DNA of 64,000 bases from Deltaproteobacteria bacterium (GCA_026992735.1 JALWYO010000033.1:2091-66090); one strand, 5' to 3'; counted from the first letter of the stretch, positions 45,598-55,033 are shown. Notes: generated by a model from the sequence alone, not told the origin. Numbers and translations: made by a program.

Positions 45598-46815
45598 TTA
45601 TTGGGTATAGCCGATCTCGCTGTGCTGACTGAGGTCAAGACCCATGATTTCATCCTCTTCACTTACCCTGAGACCTATGACCGTGTCCACTATTTTCAGT
45701 ATTACAAGGCTCAAGACAAGCGAGTATGCAATGGATGCCCCTGCCCCTGCTGCCTGAATCAGAAACTGAATGGGATTCCCAAAGAAAAGGCCATTGGCAC
45801 CGTCAGGATTCCAGTAAACTGATGCGAATAGCCCTGTGGCAAGGGCACCCCACAGTCCCCCGGCGCCGTGCACGGCAACTACGTCCAGGGCGTCATCATA
45901 GCCAAACCTGGTTTTTAAAAATATGACACTGTAACATAGCGCCCCTGCCACAATGCCAATGATTACAGCTGATAGAGGCCCTACAAAACCTGCTGCCGGT
46001 GTAATTGCAACAAGGCCTGCAACTGCCCCTGACACGGCTCCAAGCGTTGTGGGTTTCCCCTGAATTATCCATTCGGCCACTACCCAGGACATCAGGGCGC
46101 ATCCACTGGCGATCTGGGTAGTGAAGAAAGCCAGGGTTGCTGTTTTTCCGGCAGACAGAGCACTGCCGGCATTGAAGCCGAACCAGCCGAACCATAGAAT
46201 GGCAGCTCCCAATATTGTCATGGGAAGGTTGTGAGGATGCAGGGCCTCCTGCCCCCAGCCCTTTCTTTTGCCCATAAAAATTGCTGCGGCCAGTGCTGCG
46301 CAGGCAGAGTTTATGTGGATTACCGTGCCGCCGGCGAAGTCCAGGGCGCCAAGCTTTCCGAGCCATCCACCCTGTCCCCATACCCAGTGACATACCGGCA
46401 GGTAAACAAAGGTAAGCCAGAGCGCGGTGAACAGGAGAAAGGCGCTGAACTTCATCCTTTCAGCATATGCACCAGAGATGAGAGCAGGTGTTATTATGGC
46501 GAACATGAGCTGAAAGGCGCAGAAGAGAAGGTCCGGGATGGTATCCGAATACGGACCCGGGGCCAGGCCCACGCTTTTAAGGCCGATCCAGTCCAGGCTG
46601 CCGACAAATCCTCCAATGTCAGGGCCGAATGCCATGGAGTATCCATAAATCACCCAGATAATCGAGACCATGCCCAGGCAAAAAATGCTGTGCATCATGG
46701 TCCCCAGGACATTTTTCTGCCTTACGAGCCCGCCGTAGAACAGGGCAAGTCCAGGGGTCATAAACATCACCAGCGCTGTGGCTACAAGCATGAAAGCAGT
46801 ATCACCGGAATTCAT
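45598..46815 (-). CDS. amtB: ammonium transporter
   Basis: 405-aa Amt/MEP-family membrane protein (DFAGGTVIHINSACAALAAA; VHGAGGLWGALATGLF). Confidence 0.95.
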   Translation of the reverse strand: MNSGDTAFMLVATALVMFMTPGLALFYGGLVRQKNVLGTMMHSIFCLGMVSIIWVIYGYSMAFGPDIGGFVGSLDWIGLKSVGLAPGPYSDTIPDLLFCAFQLMFAIITPALISGAYAERMKFSAFLLFTALWLTFVYLPVCHWVWGQGGWLGKLGALDFAGGTVIHINSACAALAAAIFMGKRKGWGQEALHPHNLPMTILGAAILWFGWFGFNAGSALSAGKTATLAFFTTQIASGCALMSWVVAEWIIQGKPTTLGAVSGAVAGLVAITPAAGFVGPLSAVIIGIVAGALCYSVIFLKTRFGYDDALDVVAVHGAGGLWGALATGLFASVYWNPDGANGLFFGNPIQFLIQAAGAGASIAYSLVLSLVILKIVDTVIGLRVSEEDEIMGLDLSQHSEIGYTQ

Positions 46816-46840
46816 AAATTTTTTCCTCTATATTCCCATA

Positions 46841-48070
46841 TTATTCGTTATATGCTGTTTCACTGTGCTGGCTCAGGTCGAGTCCCATGACTTCTTCCTC
46901 AAGAGATACCCTGAGACCGAAGATGGCGTTTACTATCTTTAGCAGGACGAAGCTTACTGCAAAGGCATAGACCAGGACTACCAGCACGCCGAATGCCTCA
47001 GTGGCAAAAAAAGCGGGGTTGCCAGCCAGCAGGCCGTCAGCCCCATCAGGGTTGACCAGCTTGGATGCAAAAAGTCCCAGGCATAGCGTGCCAAGCAGGC
47101 CGCCAAGACCGTGAATGCCTACCACGTCCAGGCTGTCATCATATCCAAAGCGATTTTTCATGGATACGGCAGTGTAGCAGGCAACACCCGCAATGATGCC
47201 TATTACCATTGCCGATACCGGGCTTATAAAGCCTGCCGCCGGGGTTACTGTGGCAAGACCGGCTATGGCGCCTGATGCTGCTCCAAGCGTGGTGGCATTG
47301 CCCTGCCTGAACTTTTCCATGATGCACCAGGATGTCATGCCTGCCATGCCCGCCAGGTGAGTGGCCACGAAGGCAGTGGCTGCAACGCCGTTTGCGGCAA
47401 GTGCGCTTCCTCCGTTAAATCCAAACCATCCAAACCAGAGGAGGCCGGTGCCGAGCAATGTCATGGGAAGGTTGTGCGGCAGGAAACTTTCACGTCTGAA
47501 TCCTTTCCTGGGACCTACTACAATGGCAGCGGCAAGGGCTGCTGCACCCGAGGTAAGGTGGACTACAAGCCCGCCTGCAAAGTCCAGGACACCTCTTTGG
47601 CCCAGCCATCCGCCGCTTCCCCATATCCAGTGGCAGACAGGGTTATACACCAGCACGGCCCAGAGGACGCTGAATACGATAAACGGTCCGAACTTCATTC
47701 TCTCTGCAAATGCCCCTGTGATGAGGGCAGGAGTGATGATGGCAAACATACACTGGTAAATCATGAATACCAGGTGGGGCACCGTGGTGGCATAGCTTGT
47801 GCTGGGGGCAGTTCCCACGCCGGCCAGTCCAAACCATGAAAGGTCGCCGATGAAGCCGCCAATGTCCGGCCCAAAGGACATGGTATATCCTATAAATACC
47901 CACTCAAAGCTGATAAGCGCTATCATGATCAGGCTATGCATGATGGTTCCGAGGACATTTTTATTCCTGACCATGCCACCGTAAAAAAGTCCTAATGCCG
48001 GGGTCATGAGCAGTACAAGACCCGCAGAGGCCAGTAGAAAAGCTGTATCTCCCGCCGAAATTGTGTTCAT
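46841..48070 (-). CDS. amt: ammonium transporter (second, tandem paralog)
   Basis: The track ORF extends to 48154. I trimmed it to ATG at 48070, which has AGGAGG 6 nt upstream (MNTISAGDTAFLL...). It carries Amt-family motifs (DFAGGLVVHLTSGAAALAAA; IHGLGGLLGTLCLGLF). Confidence 0.9.
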   Translation of the reverse strand: MNTISAGDTAFLLASAGLVLLMTPALGLFYGGMVRNKNVLGTIMHSLIMIALISFEWVFIGYTMSFGPDIGGFIGDLSWFGLAGVGTAPSTSYATTVPHLVFMIYQCMFAIITPALITGAFAERMKFGPFIVFSVLWAVLVYNPVCHWIWGSGGWLGQRGVLDFAGGLVVHLTSGAAALAAAIVVGPRKGFRRESFLPHNLPMTLLGTGLLWFGWFGFNGGSALAANGVAATAFVATHLAGMAGMTSWCIMEKFRQGNATTLGAASGAIAGLATVTPAAGFISPVSAMVIGIIAGVACYTAVSMKNRFGYDDSLDVVGIHGLGGLLGTLCLGLFASKLVNPDGADGLLAGNPAFFATEAFGVLVVLVYAFAVSFVLLKIVNAIFGLRVSLEEEVMGLDLSQHSETAYNE

Positions 48071-48116
48071 GTTTACCTCCTGTAACAAAAAACTTTTGTG
48101 AAAATCGTGAATATTA

Positions 48117-48132
48117 AGCAATGGCCGTGCCA
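48117..48132 (-). promoter_or_regulatory. sigma-54 (-24/-12) promoter of the amt-amtB-glnK(-glnD-glnA) operon
   Basis: The minus strand reads TGGCAC-GGCCA-TTGCT, an exact match to the TGGCAC-N5-TTGCW consensus. It lies about 47 nt upstream of the amt ATG. Confidence 0.65.
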
Positions 48133-48464
48133 TGAAGTTTTGACGATATAACATGTTGATATTAAAAGATAGTATCGCGGGACTCGCAATAACCTACCTT
48201 CTGTTGTTTACTATTTTGTAAAATTTGACATTGGAAATTACATTTTTGTCATATGGGTAATTTTTGCTGGGCCGGTGACGATGTTAATGCTTATCGGCGT
48301 TTATGCTGCAGTATCTTGTGAAGCCATTGACATAAGTCAATGAGTTTATATCGACCATGCTGAATAATTATCCTGGATTGAACTTCATATTTTAGCTGAA
48401 GACACAACGGGAACAGACGGATGGCAGGGAATAAAAAGCAGTAAATTCAGGAGAAATACGGACC

Positions 48465-49223
48465 ATGAAACTACTCAGAAAGATCATAGAAATAGACGAG
48501 GAATTATGTGACGGTTGCGGGCAGTGTGTGCCTGCCTGCGAGGAAGGTGCAATAGAGATCATCGGGGGGAAGGCCAGGCTCGTTGCAGAAAAATACTGTG
48601 ATGGCCTTGGGGCGTGCATGGGTGAATGTCCTACCGGTGCCCTAAAAATAGTAGAGAGAGAGGCCGAAGACTTCGACGAGCTAGCTGTGGAGCAGTATCT
48701 CAAGGCCAGGAGAGCGGAATCCGCAGTGCCGGGAGCAGCCTGTGGCTGTCCGTCCGAACAGGTTGCGGACCTGAAACCTGCGGGCCGGCAAGGCTTATCA
48801 GGCCCGTCACTTTCAGGGACTTCGGTTTCCCTTCTTGGACACTGGCCCATCCAGATCCGGCTTATTCCTGCTCATGCGCCATTCCTCAAAAATGCTGATT
48901 TGCTGATAACTGCCGACTGTGCGGCTGCAGCCTGTCCGGATTATCACCAGAGATTTGTCAAGGGCAAGGTAGTGATGCTTGGCTGTCCAAAGTTTGATGA
49001 CGCCACGGATTATGTAAAAAGATTCAGGGAGATTCTTGAAAAGAATTCTATCCGTAGTATCTCTATCGTGATTATGGAGGTGCCATGCTGCTCGGCCATG
49101 ATAGGCATCATTAAAAAGGCCATCGAGGATTCGGGCACGCATTTCCAGGTCAGGAAGACGGTTATTGGCCTGAAGGGAGCTGTGCTCCGGGAAGAGGCCG
49201 AGACATTTGGCAAGGGCTCATAG
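48465..49223 (+). CDS. 4Fe-4S dicluster domain protein with an uncharacterised Cys-containing C-terminal domain
   Basis: 252-aa ORF. The N-terminus has CDGCGQCVPACEEGAI ... CDGLGACMGECPTGAL. The C-terminal domain has CAAAACP, GCPKFDD and VPCCS. Confidence 0.75.
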   Translation: MKLLRKIIEIDEELCDGCGQCVPACEEGAIEIIGGKARLVAEKYCDGLGACMGECPTGALKIVEREAEDFDELAVEQYLKARRAESAVPGAACGCPSEQVADLKPAGRQGLSGPSLSGTSVSLLGHWPIQIRLIPAHAPFLKNADLLITADCAAAACPDYHQRFVKGKVVMLGCPKFDDATDYVKRFREILEKNSIRSISIVIMEVPCCSAMIGIIKKAIEDSGTHFQVRKTVIGLKGAVLREEAETFGKGS

Positions 49224-49265
49224 CCCCTTTTAACAGCAGGGGCAGGAATAATAAAAAGGTGAGAT

Positions 49266-49979
49266 ATGTCCAGGTTTTCTGCCCTCAGGGCCTTGTATTC
49301 ATTTTATGACGAGTTTGCAGGCGGTTTTTCTGTGGCGTGCCGCAAGGGTTGCCACGTATGTTGTACTACAAATGTTTCAGCTACCAGCCTGGAGACAGCC
49401 TATCTGCTGAATAAAGGCAATCTGGACAAGGCATTGCTGGAAAGGGTGGAAAAGGCAAGGCTCCAGGATCACTATGTCCCCAGTACAACCATAAATACTA
49501 CTGCTGCAATGTGCCTGGCTGGCAGGGCAATCCCGGAGGAGACATCTCCAATAACATTTGATCCATGTCCGTTCCTGGATGATGAAGGCTCTTGTTCTGT
49601 ATACGAGTACAGGCCCTTTTCCTGCAGGGCCATGTGTTCAAGTACCCTATGCACAGAAGGAGGCCAGGCGGATATGCCGCCTTTCCTTGTCACCATCAGC
49701 CTGGCAGTTTACCAGATACTGGAACATATGGACAGCCAGGGCTGGTATGGAAACCTCCTGGATATCATACCTATGTGCGATGTAGACAGGGCCGAGGCCA
49801 GGGAAATGGCGGATGCGCAGCAGGGCGTCATAAAGACCAACAGGGATGTTCCCTGTTTCATCGTGCCTCCTGATGATGTGATGAGGTTCAAGTCCTTTCT
49901 GAGGAGGTTGTCCCGTGTGGAGGCAGGCAGTACCACCATGGGTGAATTTCTGCCCGAAGACTATCAGATACTCTCTTAA
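49266..49979 (+). CDS. YkgJ-family (CxxCxxCC) zinc/iron-chelating cysteine-cluster protein
   Basis: 237-aa ORF with CRKGCHVCC ... CPFLDDEGSCSVYEYRPFSCR, the pattern typical of the YkgJ/UPF0153 family. Confidence 0.6.
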   Translation: MSRFSALRALYSFYDEFAGGFSVACRKGCHVCCTTNVSATSLETAYLLNKGNLDKALLERVEKARLQDHYVPSTTINTTAAMCLAGRAIPEETSPITFDPCPFLDDEGSCSVYEYRPFSCRAMCSSTLCTEGGQADMPPFLVTISLAVYQILEHMDSQGWYGNLLDIIPMCDVDRAEAREMADAQQGVIKTNRDVPCFIVPPDDVMRFKSFLRRLSRVEAGSTTMGEFLPEDYQILS

Positions 49980-49994
49980 AAAGGCTGCTTTGCA

Positions 49995-50031
49995 GGTAAC
50001 CGCTTGAGCAGTTACGAATCAAGCGGTTACC
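49995..50031. repeat. perfect 13-bp inverted repeat (hairpin) immediately after the 49266..49979 stop
   Basis: GGTAACCGCTTGA (49995-50007), an 11-nt loop, then TCAAGCGGTTACC (50019-50031). No U-tract follows. Confidence 0.7.
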
Positions 50032-50160
50032 CGGGATAAGTGCATTTTGGCCTGTCATCAATTGGCAGGAAACCTCCCTGGAGAAGGCCTCCTGTTATTA
50101 CATGAAGTGTAACTGATCACAGGGTTATGTCGAGTTTTGTGGCACACCTTCCCCATTTTA

Positions 50161-50267
50161 TAAGCGTTCACAGAGTGCCGCAGATGCAAGGCGACGGGCG
50201 CGCAGTCGTACTCCCTGTACTTCAAGCGCCCGCCAACACAGCAGATGTGGTGCCCTGTGAACGCTTA
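50161..50267. repeat. 107-nt GC-rich structured element closed by a perfect 13-bp inverted repeat
   Basis: TAAGCGTTCACAG (50161-50173) pairs with CTGTGAACGCTTA (50255-50267). There is an internal GC helix GGGCGC / GCGCCC and a GTAC-tccct-GTAC centre. It sits between convergent genes. Confidence 0.6.
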
Positions 50268-50303
50268 CCATGAAGTCTGTCAGCAAAGATCACTTAGAAA
50301 AAT

Positions 50304-50645
50304 TTAACCGTATGCGTGGGTGCCCAGCACACAGGGTACCTTGAATTTTTCCTCAACTATTTTCTGAAACTGTTCGAAATCGTGGTTTTTGCACATGGGA
50401 ACTGCCTTTGCCATGCAGTTGCTCAGGTGTATTGCATCAACCTTTACGTTTTTCATTACCTCGCCTATATTGGAAATTGTTGCTCTGCCAGGGCATTGAC
50501 AGCGCAGGAATCCAACAATGACAGGGTCGTCATACTTGGCGAATTCACCGTTTTTTTCCCTGACGGCATTTATGCACTTGTACTCTCCAGGGCAGCCGTA
50601 ACCGGCGTCCATGTACGATCCGCATCCAATGACCAGAATGTTCAT
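50304..50645 (-). CDS. CGGC domain-containing protein
   Basis: 113-aa ORF beginning MNILVIGCGSYMDAGYGCPGEYKC, followed by FLRCQCPGR; this is the CGGC-domain pattern. Confidence 0.8.
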   Translation of the reverse strand: MNILVIGCGSYMDAGYGCPGEYKCINAVREKNGEFAKYDDPVIVGFLRCQCPGRATISNIGEVMKNVKVDAIHLSNCMAKAVPMCKNHDFEQFQKIVEEKFKVPCVLGTHAYG

Positions 50646-50728
50646 GTTCTGCCTCCTTTCAGTTTTTAATTATTATAGTTGAATTACACTCAGGATGGAA
50701 AAAATTCAAGGCCTGCTTTTGCTCCGAG

Positions 50729-50757
50729 TTGACTACATGCCATTTTTTAACAATAAT
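50729..50757 (+). promoter_or_regulatory. candidate sigma-70 promoter of the rib operon
   Basis: TTGACT (50729-50734), a 17-nt spacer, then AATAAT (50752-50757). This implies a leader of about 145 nt before ribD. Confidence 0.4.
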
Positions 50758-50909
50758 GCCGCTGAGTTTTATTGTCATGCTCAAAACATGACTTATCTTG
50801 TGATAGTTCGCTGTGGTTCCTGGCGATGTCTGGATATGTTTGTCAAGGCCGGCATGTTGAGCGTTCCTGAGATAACAGGTACCACGGTATTACTGAAGAA
50901 TATGAAAAG

Positions 50910-52049
50910 ATGAACGGATTTACCAGTCAGGACAGACGTTTTATGCGGGCTGCCATCAGGCAGGCGGAAAAGGGCCTGGGTTTCACCACTCCCAACCCTG
51001 CTGTTGGAGCCGTGATAGTCAAGGAAGGAAAATTGGTGGGCAGGGGCTACCACAGGAAGGCCGGTACGCCTCATGCCGAGGTTAATGCCATACAGGATGC
51101 TGGTGAAAACTGCAGGGGCGCTGATATCTATGTCACCCTTGAGCCATGTAATCATACCGGCAGGACACCTCCATGTACCAGGGCCATACTGGATGCAGGG
51201 TTAAGGCGTGTGTTTATAGGCGCCCTGGACCCGAATCCTTCGGTCAAGGGCGGAGGCGCGGAATTTCTGCGCTCAAGGGGTTTGCAGGTGAAAACAGGCC
51301 TCTTGGAACAGGAGTGCAGGCTGATACTTGCCCCGTTTGCCAAGTCGGTGAAGAAGGGAAGGCCGTGGGTGCGGGCCAAGACGGCATGCAGTATGGATGG
51401 CAGGATTGCCACAAGGACAGGCCATTCCAAGTGGATAACCAATGAAAAGGCCAGGGGATACGGCCAGAAGCTCAGGAAGATGAGCGATGCCATCCTTGTT
51501 GGCCGCGGGACCGTGGAAGCAGATGATCCCGGCCTTACCTGGAGGCCGGGTGTCAAAGATGCCGTGCCAAAGAGCCTGCTGAGGGTTATACTCGATAGCA
51601 CGTTGAGAAGCCCTGCCGGTTCCCAGTGCTTTAAGCCTTCCGATACCGCTCCTGTGTTGGTGGCAGTAACCCGGCCGGACAGGGAAAAGCAGAAGCTGTT
51701 AGAGGAAAGGGGGGTAAAGGTTGAAAAATTTCCTCCTGATTCCCATGGAAGGCCGGATGCAGGTGCCTTGCTGGATTATCTTGGCGCTATGGGTATCCAG
51801 TCCATTCTTGTAGAAGGAGGGGCGGGTGTGCTTGGCAGTTTCTATGATGCGCACTTGGTTGATGAGTCCTTTTTTTTCTACGCGCCACTGATAATTGGCG
51901 GAAGCTCGGCACGAGAGGCCATAGGCGGCCTTGGGGCAGAGATGCTGGGTGAGGCCGCAAGGCTCAAGGATGCCCAAATAAGCAGGCTCGGTGACAACTG
52001 GCTGGTCAGGGGCACAATATTTGATCTGGACAGCCTGTGGAGAAGATAA
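50910..52049 (+). CDS. ribD: bifunctional diaminohydroxyphosphoribosylaminopyrimidine deaminase / 5-amino-6-(5-phosphoribosylamino)uracil reductase
   Basis: 379-aa ORF with deaminase zinc motifs (HAEVNAI; PCNHTGRTPPC) and a C-terminal reductase domain. Confidence 0.95.
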   Translation: MNGFTSQDRRFMRAAIRQAEKGLGFTTPNPAVGAVIVKEGKLVGRGYHRKAGTPHAEVNAIQDAGENCRGADIYVTLEPCNHTGRTPPCTRAILDAGLRRVFIGALDPNPSVKGGGAEFLRSRGLQVKTGLLEQECRLILAPFAKSVKKGRPWVRAKTACSMDGRIATRTGHSKWITNEKARGYGQKLRKMSDAILVGRGTVEADDPGLTWRPGVKDAVPKSLLRVILDSTLRSPAGSQCFKPSDTAPVLVAVTRPDREKQKLLEERGVKVEKFPPDSHGRPDAGALLDYLGAMGIQSILVEGGAGVLGSFYDAHLVDESFFFYAPLIIGGSSAREAIGGLGAEMLGEAARLKDAQISRLGDNWLVRGTIFDLDSLWRR

Positions 52050-52053
52050 TTCT

Positions 52054-52722
52054 ATGTTTACAGGCATAATAGAAGGTCTTGGAACCATTGTCGGCATTAC
52101 GTCCGTATCCAGAGGCGTGCAGTTCAGGATAAGGCCTGATTTTGATATTGACGACCCCCAGGTTGGCGAGAGCATAGCAGTGAACGGCGCATGCCTGACA
52201 GCCACTGTTTTTGATGCCGAGACATTTTCAGTGGATGTTTCACCGGAGACGCTTTCCAGGACTACCCTGGGGAGCCTAAGGCCAGGCTCAAGGGTCAACC
52301 TGGAGCGGGCATTGAGGCTTTCCGACCGCCTCGGAGGTCATATAGTCAGCGGCCACGTTGATTGTGTTGCCATGGTTGAGGAACGGCAGAGCCAGGGAGA
52401 TTTTACAATCTACTCCTTCAAGATGAATCCAGCATACGACCGCTACCTCATTGAGAAGGGCTCAGTGGCTATTGACGGCATCAGTCTCACGGTCAATTCC
52501 TGTACCAGGGGAGGCTTTTCCGTGGCTGTTATCCCTCATACTGCCGGACGTACCACCATGGCCATGAGGAAGCCGGGAGACAAGGTTAATATTGAGCTGG
52601 ATATCATAGGAAAGTATATTGAAAAGTTGCTCTCTGCCACAGGCGGCAAAGAGGCTTCTTTCAGTGAAGAGGCGGCACAGGGCGTTGACAGGGAACTGCT
52701 GGCGCGTTTCGGTTTTCTGTGA
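52054..52722 (+). CDS. ribE: riboflavin synthase
   Basis: The track ORF starts at 51991 inside ribD. I trimmed it to ATG 52054 (MFTGIIEGLGTIV, the canonical N-terminus). It has the internally duplicated lumazine-binding repeats. Confidence 0.95.
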   Translation: MFTGIIEGLGTIVGITSVSRGVQFRIRPDFDIDDPQVGESIAVNGACLTATVFDAETFSVDVSPETLSRTTLGSLRPGSRVNLERALRLSDRLGGHIVSGHVDCVAMVEERQSQGDFTIYSFKMNPAYDRYLIEKGSVAIDGISLTVNSCTRGGFSVAVIPHTAGRTTMAMRKPGDKVNIELDIIGKYIEKLLSATGGKEASFSEEAAQGVDRELLARFGFL

Positions 52723-52837
52723 TCCAGCGGCAATGCCCGGATCTTGGAAAAGTATGCTAAGATAAAGGACTTTTACAGGTTTTGGATAGTCTGTGTTTTA
52801 CAGAAAATATTGGAAAATATTGGAGTTTTGGATAATT

Positions 52838-54049
52838 ATGGCAAAAGCAAGCATTGAAGAGGCAATTGAAGATATAAAACAGGGCAAAATGGTCATCCTT
52901 GTGGACGATGAGGACAGGGAAAACGAGGGAGATCTATGCCTTGCAGCGGAAAAAGTCACTCCTGAGGTCATAAATTTCATGGCCAAGTATGGCAGGGGCC
53001 TGATATGTCTTGCCCTTACCGGCGACATGGTGGACCGGCTGGGCCTCCCCATGATGGCGTCAAAAAACACATCACGTTTCGGCACTGCTTTCACCGTATC
53101 CATAGAGGCCAGAAAGGGCGTGACAACAGGGATCTCTGCCCATGACAGGGCTACCACCATCCAGACTGTTATGAAGGAGGGATGTGGCCCTGAAGACATA
53201 GCCACGCCCGGTCATGTGTTCCCTCTGCGGGCAAGAGATGGTGGTGTGCTGGTCAGGGCCGGTCAGACAGAAGGTTCTGTGGATCTTGCGAGACTTGCAG
53301 GTCTCAAGCCTGCAGGTGTCATATGCGAGATCATGAAGGACGATGGCACAATGGCCAGGATGCCTGATCTTGAGGTGTTTGCCCAGGAGCACGGTCTTAA
53401 GATAGTAACCATTGCAGATCTCATTGCATATCGTCTCAAGACAGAATCCTTTGTGAAGAGAGAAGTGGAAACAAGGCTGCCTTCCAGGTTCGGTGGCGAA
53501 TGGAGGCTCATAGCCTACACCTCTGTACTGGATACCCACGAGCATCTTGCCCTGATCCTCGGTGATCCTGTAATACGCCCGGACGAAGAGATCCTGGTGC
53601 GGGTTCACTCCGAGTGCCTGACAGGTGACGTGTTCGGCTCTCTCAGGTGCGACTGCGGCCCCCAGCTCCAGCGGGCCATGCTCCAGATCGGCAGGGAGGG
53701 CAGGGGAGTGCTCCTTTACATGAGGCAGGAGGGTAGGGGCATAGGCCTGCTGAACAAGCTGAAGGCCTACCAGCTCCAGGATCACGGCAAGGATACCGTG
53801 GAGGCCAACAAAGAGCTTGGTTTCAAGGCCGACCTCAGGGACTATGGTGTTGGCGCCCAGATACTCAGGGACCTTGGTATCAGGAAGATGCGCCTCATGA
53901 CCAACAATCCCAAGAAGATAGTAGGCCTTGAGGGCTATGGACTGGAAGTGGTAGAGAGGGTGCCCATAGAGATCCCGCCGTCAGAGGAAAATATCAATTA
54001 TCTCAAGTGCAAGGCAGAGAAGATGGGCCATCTTCTGCACATCGATTGA
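52838..54049 (+). CDS. ribBA: bifunctional 3,4-dihydroxy-2-butanone-4-phosphate synthase / GTP cyclohydrolase II
   Basis: The track ORF starts at 52793; I trimmed it to ATG 52838 ([33 protein letters not shown]). The C-terminal half has the GCH-II motif ([18 protein letters not shown]). Confidence 0.95.
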   Translation: MAKASIEEAIEDIKQGKMVILVDDEDRENEGDLCLAAEKVTPEVINFMAKYGRGLICLALTGDMVDRLGLPMMASKNTSRFGTAFTVSIEARKGVTTGISAHDRATTIQTVMKEGCGPEDIATPGHVFPLRARDGGVLVRAGQTEGSVDLARLAGLKPAGVICEIMKDDGTMARMPDLEVFAQEHGLKIVTIADLIAYRLKTESFVKREVETRLPSRFGGEWRLIAYTSVLDTHEHLALILGDPVIRPDEEILVRVHSECLTGDVFGSLRCDCGPQLQRAMLQIGREGRGVLLYMRQEGRGIGLLNKLKAYQLQDHGKDTVEANKELGFKADLRDYGVGAQILRDLGIRKMRLMTNNPKKIVGLEGYGLEVVERVPIEIPPSEENINYLKCKAEKMGHLLHID

Positions 54050-54068
54050 GCAAAAAGGGGAGATTCAG

Positions 54069-54539
54069 ATGCCAAAAAATTTTGAAGGAAACCTCAATGC
54101 CCAGGGATTGAAGGTCGGCATAGTGGTCGCGCGTTTTAACGAGTTCATTTCCAGTAAGCTCCTGGGAGGGAGCCTGGATGCCCTTGTGCGTCATGGTGCA
54201 CAGGATCAGGATATAGAAGTGGCATGGGTTCCAGGTGCATTCGAGATTCCTCTGGTGGCAAAGCGCATGGCTGCATCAGGGAAATACGATTGCGTGATAT
54301 GCCTGGGCTGTGTAATCAGGGGCGCAACACCGCATTTTGATTACGTGGCAGCAGAGTCATCCAAGGGCATAGCACAGGTGGCCATGAAGGCAGACTGTCC
54401 TGTGGCATTCGGTGTGCTCACCACCGAAACCATAGAACAGGCCATAGAGCGGGCCGGCACCAAGGCCGGCAATAAGGGCTGGGATGCAGCCCTTGCCGCT
54501 GTGGAGATGGCAAACCTGCTGAAAGAGATAGATGCCTGA
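54069..54539 (+). CDS. ribH: 6,7-dimethyl-8-ribityllumazine synthase
   Basis: 156-aa ORF with [12 protein letters not shown] and [14 protein letters not shown]. Confidence 0.95.
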   Translation: MPKNFEGNLNAQGLKVGIVVARFNEFISSKLLGGSLDALVRHGAQDQDIEVAWVPGAFEIPLVAKRMAASGKYDCVICLGCVIRGATPHFDYVAAESSKGIAQVAMKADCPVAFGVLTTETIEQAIERAGTKAGNKGWDAALAAVEMANLLKEIDA

Positions 54540-55033
54540 TGGCAGGAAGGCGTGTTGGGCGTTCCATTGCCCTCCAGATCCTTTACCAGGCAGACTGGGC
54601 TGAGGATGCGGAAGAGGCTGCCTCTGATTTTGCCAGGGTGGCCATAGAACAGTATGAAAAGGATCTTGCGCCAAATGGGTCCGAAGAGGACCCGGAACTC
54701 AGGCGTTTTGTGGAGTCCCTGGTTACAGGTGTGCTTTCCAGGCGCCAGGCCCTGGATGAAGTCATACAGCGGTTTTCCCGCAAGTGGAAACTTCAGCGGA
54801 TGCCTGCAGTGGACAGGAATATACTGAGGCTGGGAATCTTTGAGCTTTGTCATGTGCCGGACATACCGCCCAGGGTGGCCATAAACGAGGCGGTGGAGCT
54901 TGCCAAGAGGTTCGGGGATGCCAATTCTCCCGGATTTGTAAACGGCATTCTGGATTCAGTGTTTCAGGAGGTGTGCAGCAAGAAGCTGGATGGTCAGCAT
55001 GTGGTTCAGTCGCAGGGCAGCCGGGTTGCCTGA
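54539..55033 (+). CDS. nusB: transcription antitermination factor NusB
   Basis: 164-aa ORF whose start overlaps the ribH stop (TGATG). It contains [11 protein letters not shown] ... [12 protein letters not shown] and is in the classical ribH-nusB linkage. Confidence 0.9.
   Translation: MAGRRVGRSIALQILYQADWAEDAEEAASDFARVAIEQYEKDLAPNGSEEDPELRRFVESLVTGVLSRRQALDEVIQRFSRKWKLQRMPAVDRNILRLGIFELCHVPDIPPRVAINEAVELAKRFGDANSPGFVNGILDSVFQEVCSKKLDGQHVVQSQGSRVA

Noticed and set aside
50161-50267. Whether the 107-nt inverted-repeat element is a MITE, an integron attC site or a retron msr/msd.
   Set aside because: There is no target-site duplication directly flanking the 13-bp arms. The arms do not fit the attC RYYYAAC/GTTRRRY cores. 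No reverse transcriptase, integrase or transposase is nearby. It is kept only as an unclassified structured element.
50761-50909. FMN (RFN) riboswitch upstream of ribD.
   Set aside because: The conserved aptamer blocks are missing. Only a stray GTCTGGAT is present, in the wrong position. I kept this as a finding about an unexplained leader, not as a riboswitch call.
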